Shown piece after piece: positions 63,591 through 64,000 of a stretch of DNA of 64,000 nucleotides. The notes under the pieces are model-generated. The model was not told where the DNA came from. It ran no database searches and was given only the letters and a program-made list of their open reading frames with translations. The stretch is from Styela clava (Eukaryota). Position 1 is the first letter of the stretch. Each line of letters opens with the position of its first letter. A program made the position numbers and the translations under genes. The stretch is taken from positions 9,796,001 to 9,860,000 of the forward strand of contig NC_135262.1 of NCBI RefSeq assembly GCF_964204865.1, given 5' to 3'.

Positions 63591-64000
63591 CTATTTGTGA
63601 AGATTACTATTAATAGAATTGCACCATTTACTTAAAATAATTAAACCGTCCTGTGTTGCTTCATAATACGTAGTAATATTAGGTTTTGACAGAGCACCAA
63701 AAAGTTTCTTCGGGCCAGGGGTTTCGATGATATGTTTGGTAATACATCCAGTTTTGCACAAAATTTCCAAAAGTTGAAGAATGCAAATTGGTTGAAAACT
63801 GTATGATGCACATAAATGCTGTTGGGTTATCCCAGGTGAGGCAAAGATTTTCAGATATACGCTGAATAATATTGCCTTCGCATTATTGAAACTCACATCT
63901 CCACCTATTGTGTGCCATGGTCGACATAAAAACTTCACCTCCTGATATTTCTTTTTTATTTCAGTGTTTACGGATTGTGTTAAATTGATGTTACGTTGTT
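63591..64000 (-). CDS. GTF3C1: General transcription factor IIIC subunit 1 (TFIIIC220), C-terminal part, running off the window edge
   Basis: Frame is open to position 63998. FLCRPWHTIGG...IFASPGI...QPICILQLLEILCKTGCI.K...KLFG...YYEAT matches the GTF3C1 C-terminal pattern FIGRPW...RPGI...QPVAVLELL..L..LGCI.K...SLF...FYEPT. Confidence 0.85.
   Translation of the reverse strand, partial: QRNINLTQSVNTEIKKKYQEVKFLCRPWHTIGGDVSFNNAKAILFSVYLKIFASPGITQQHLCASYSFQPICILQLLEILCKTGCITKHIIETPGPKKLFGALSKPNITTYYEATQDGLIILSKWCNSINSNLHK

Overview
AT-rich, intron-containing animal genomic DNA. It is compact, with GT-AG and two GC-AG introns and many DNA transposons; a marine invertebrate such as an ascidian is my inference, not shown directly. 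Exons were assembled by hand, with splice phases checked. In order: (1) a decayed CR1/L2-type LINE fragment; (2) a 6-exon secreted divergent lipocalin; (3) two tandem SERHL-type alpha/beta-hydrolases, ending in SKL and SNL; (4) a 3-exon gene with signal peptide, basic stretch, two Goliath-type PA domains and a GPI-like tail, but no RING; (5) a transposon-rich intergenic region with a duplicated non-coding block; (6) a 6-exon coiled-coil plus atypical C-type-lectin gene with an internally deleted hAT transposon in intron 3; (7) an Academ-like element and Helentron-like elements; (8) an SmG (SNRPG) pseudogene missed by the ORF track; (9) intronless NIT2; (10) an 11-exon LRRC63-like gene; (11) two intronless paralogs encoding membrane-anchored proteins with a toxin-type HNH zinc-nuclease motif, one intact and one lacking the catalytic DH; (12) the 3' end of GTF3C1. 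The best candidates for an undescribed system are the TM-HNH active/inactive pair (59961-62209) and the RING-less double-PA surface protein (21791-23683). Family assignments come from motif recognition by eye; no database search was run.
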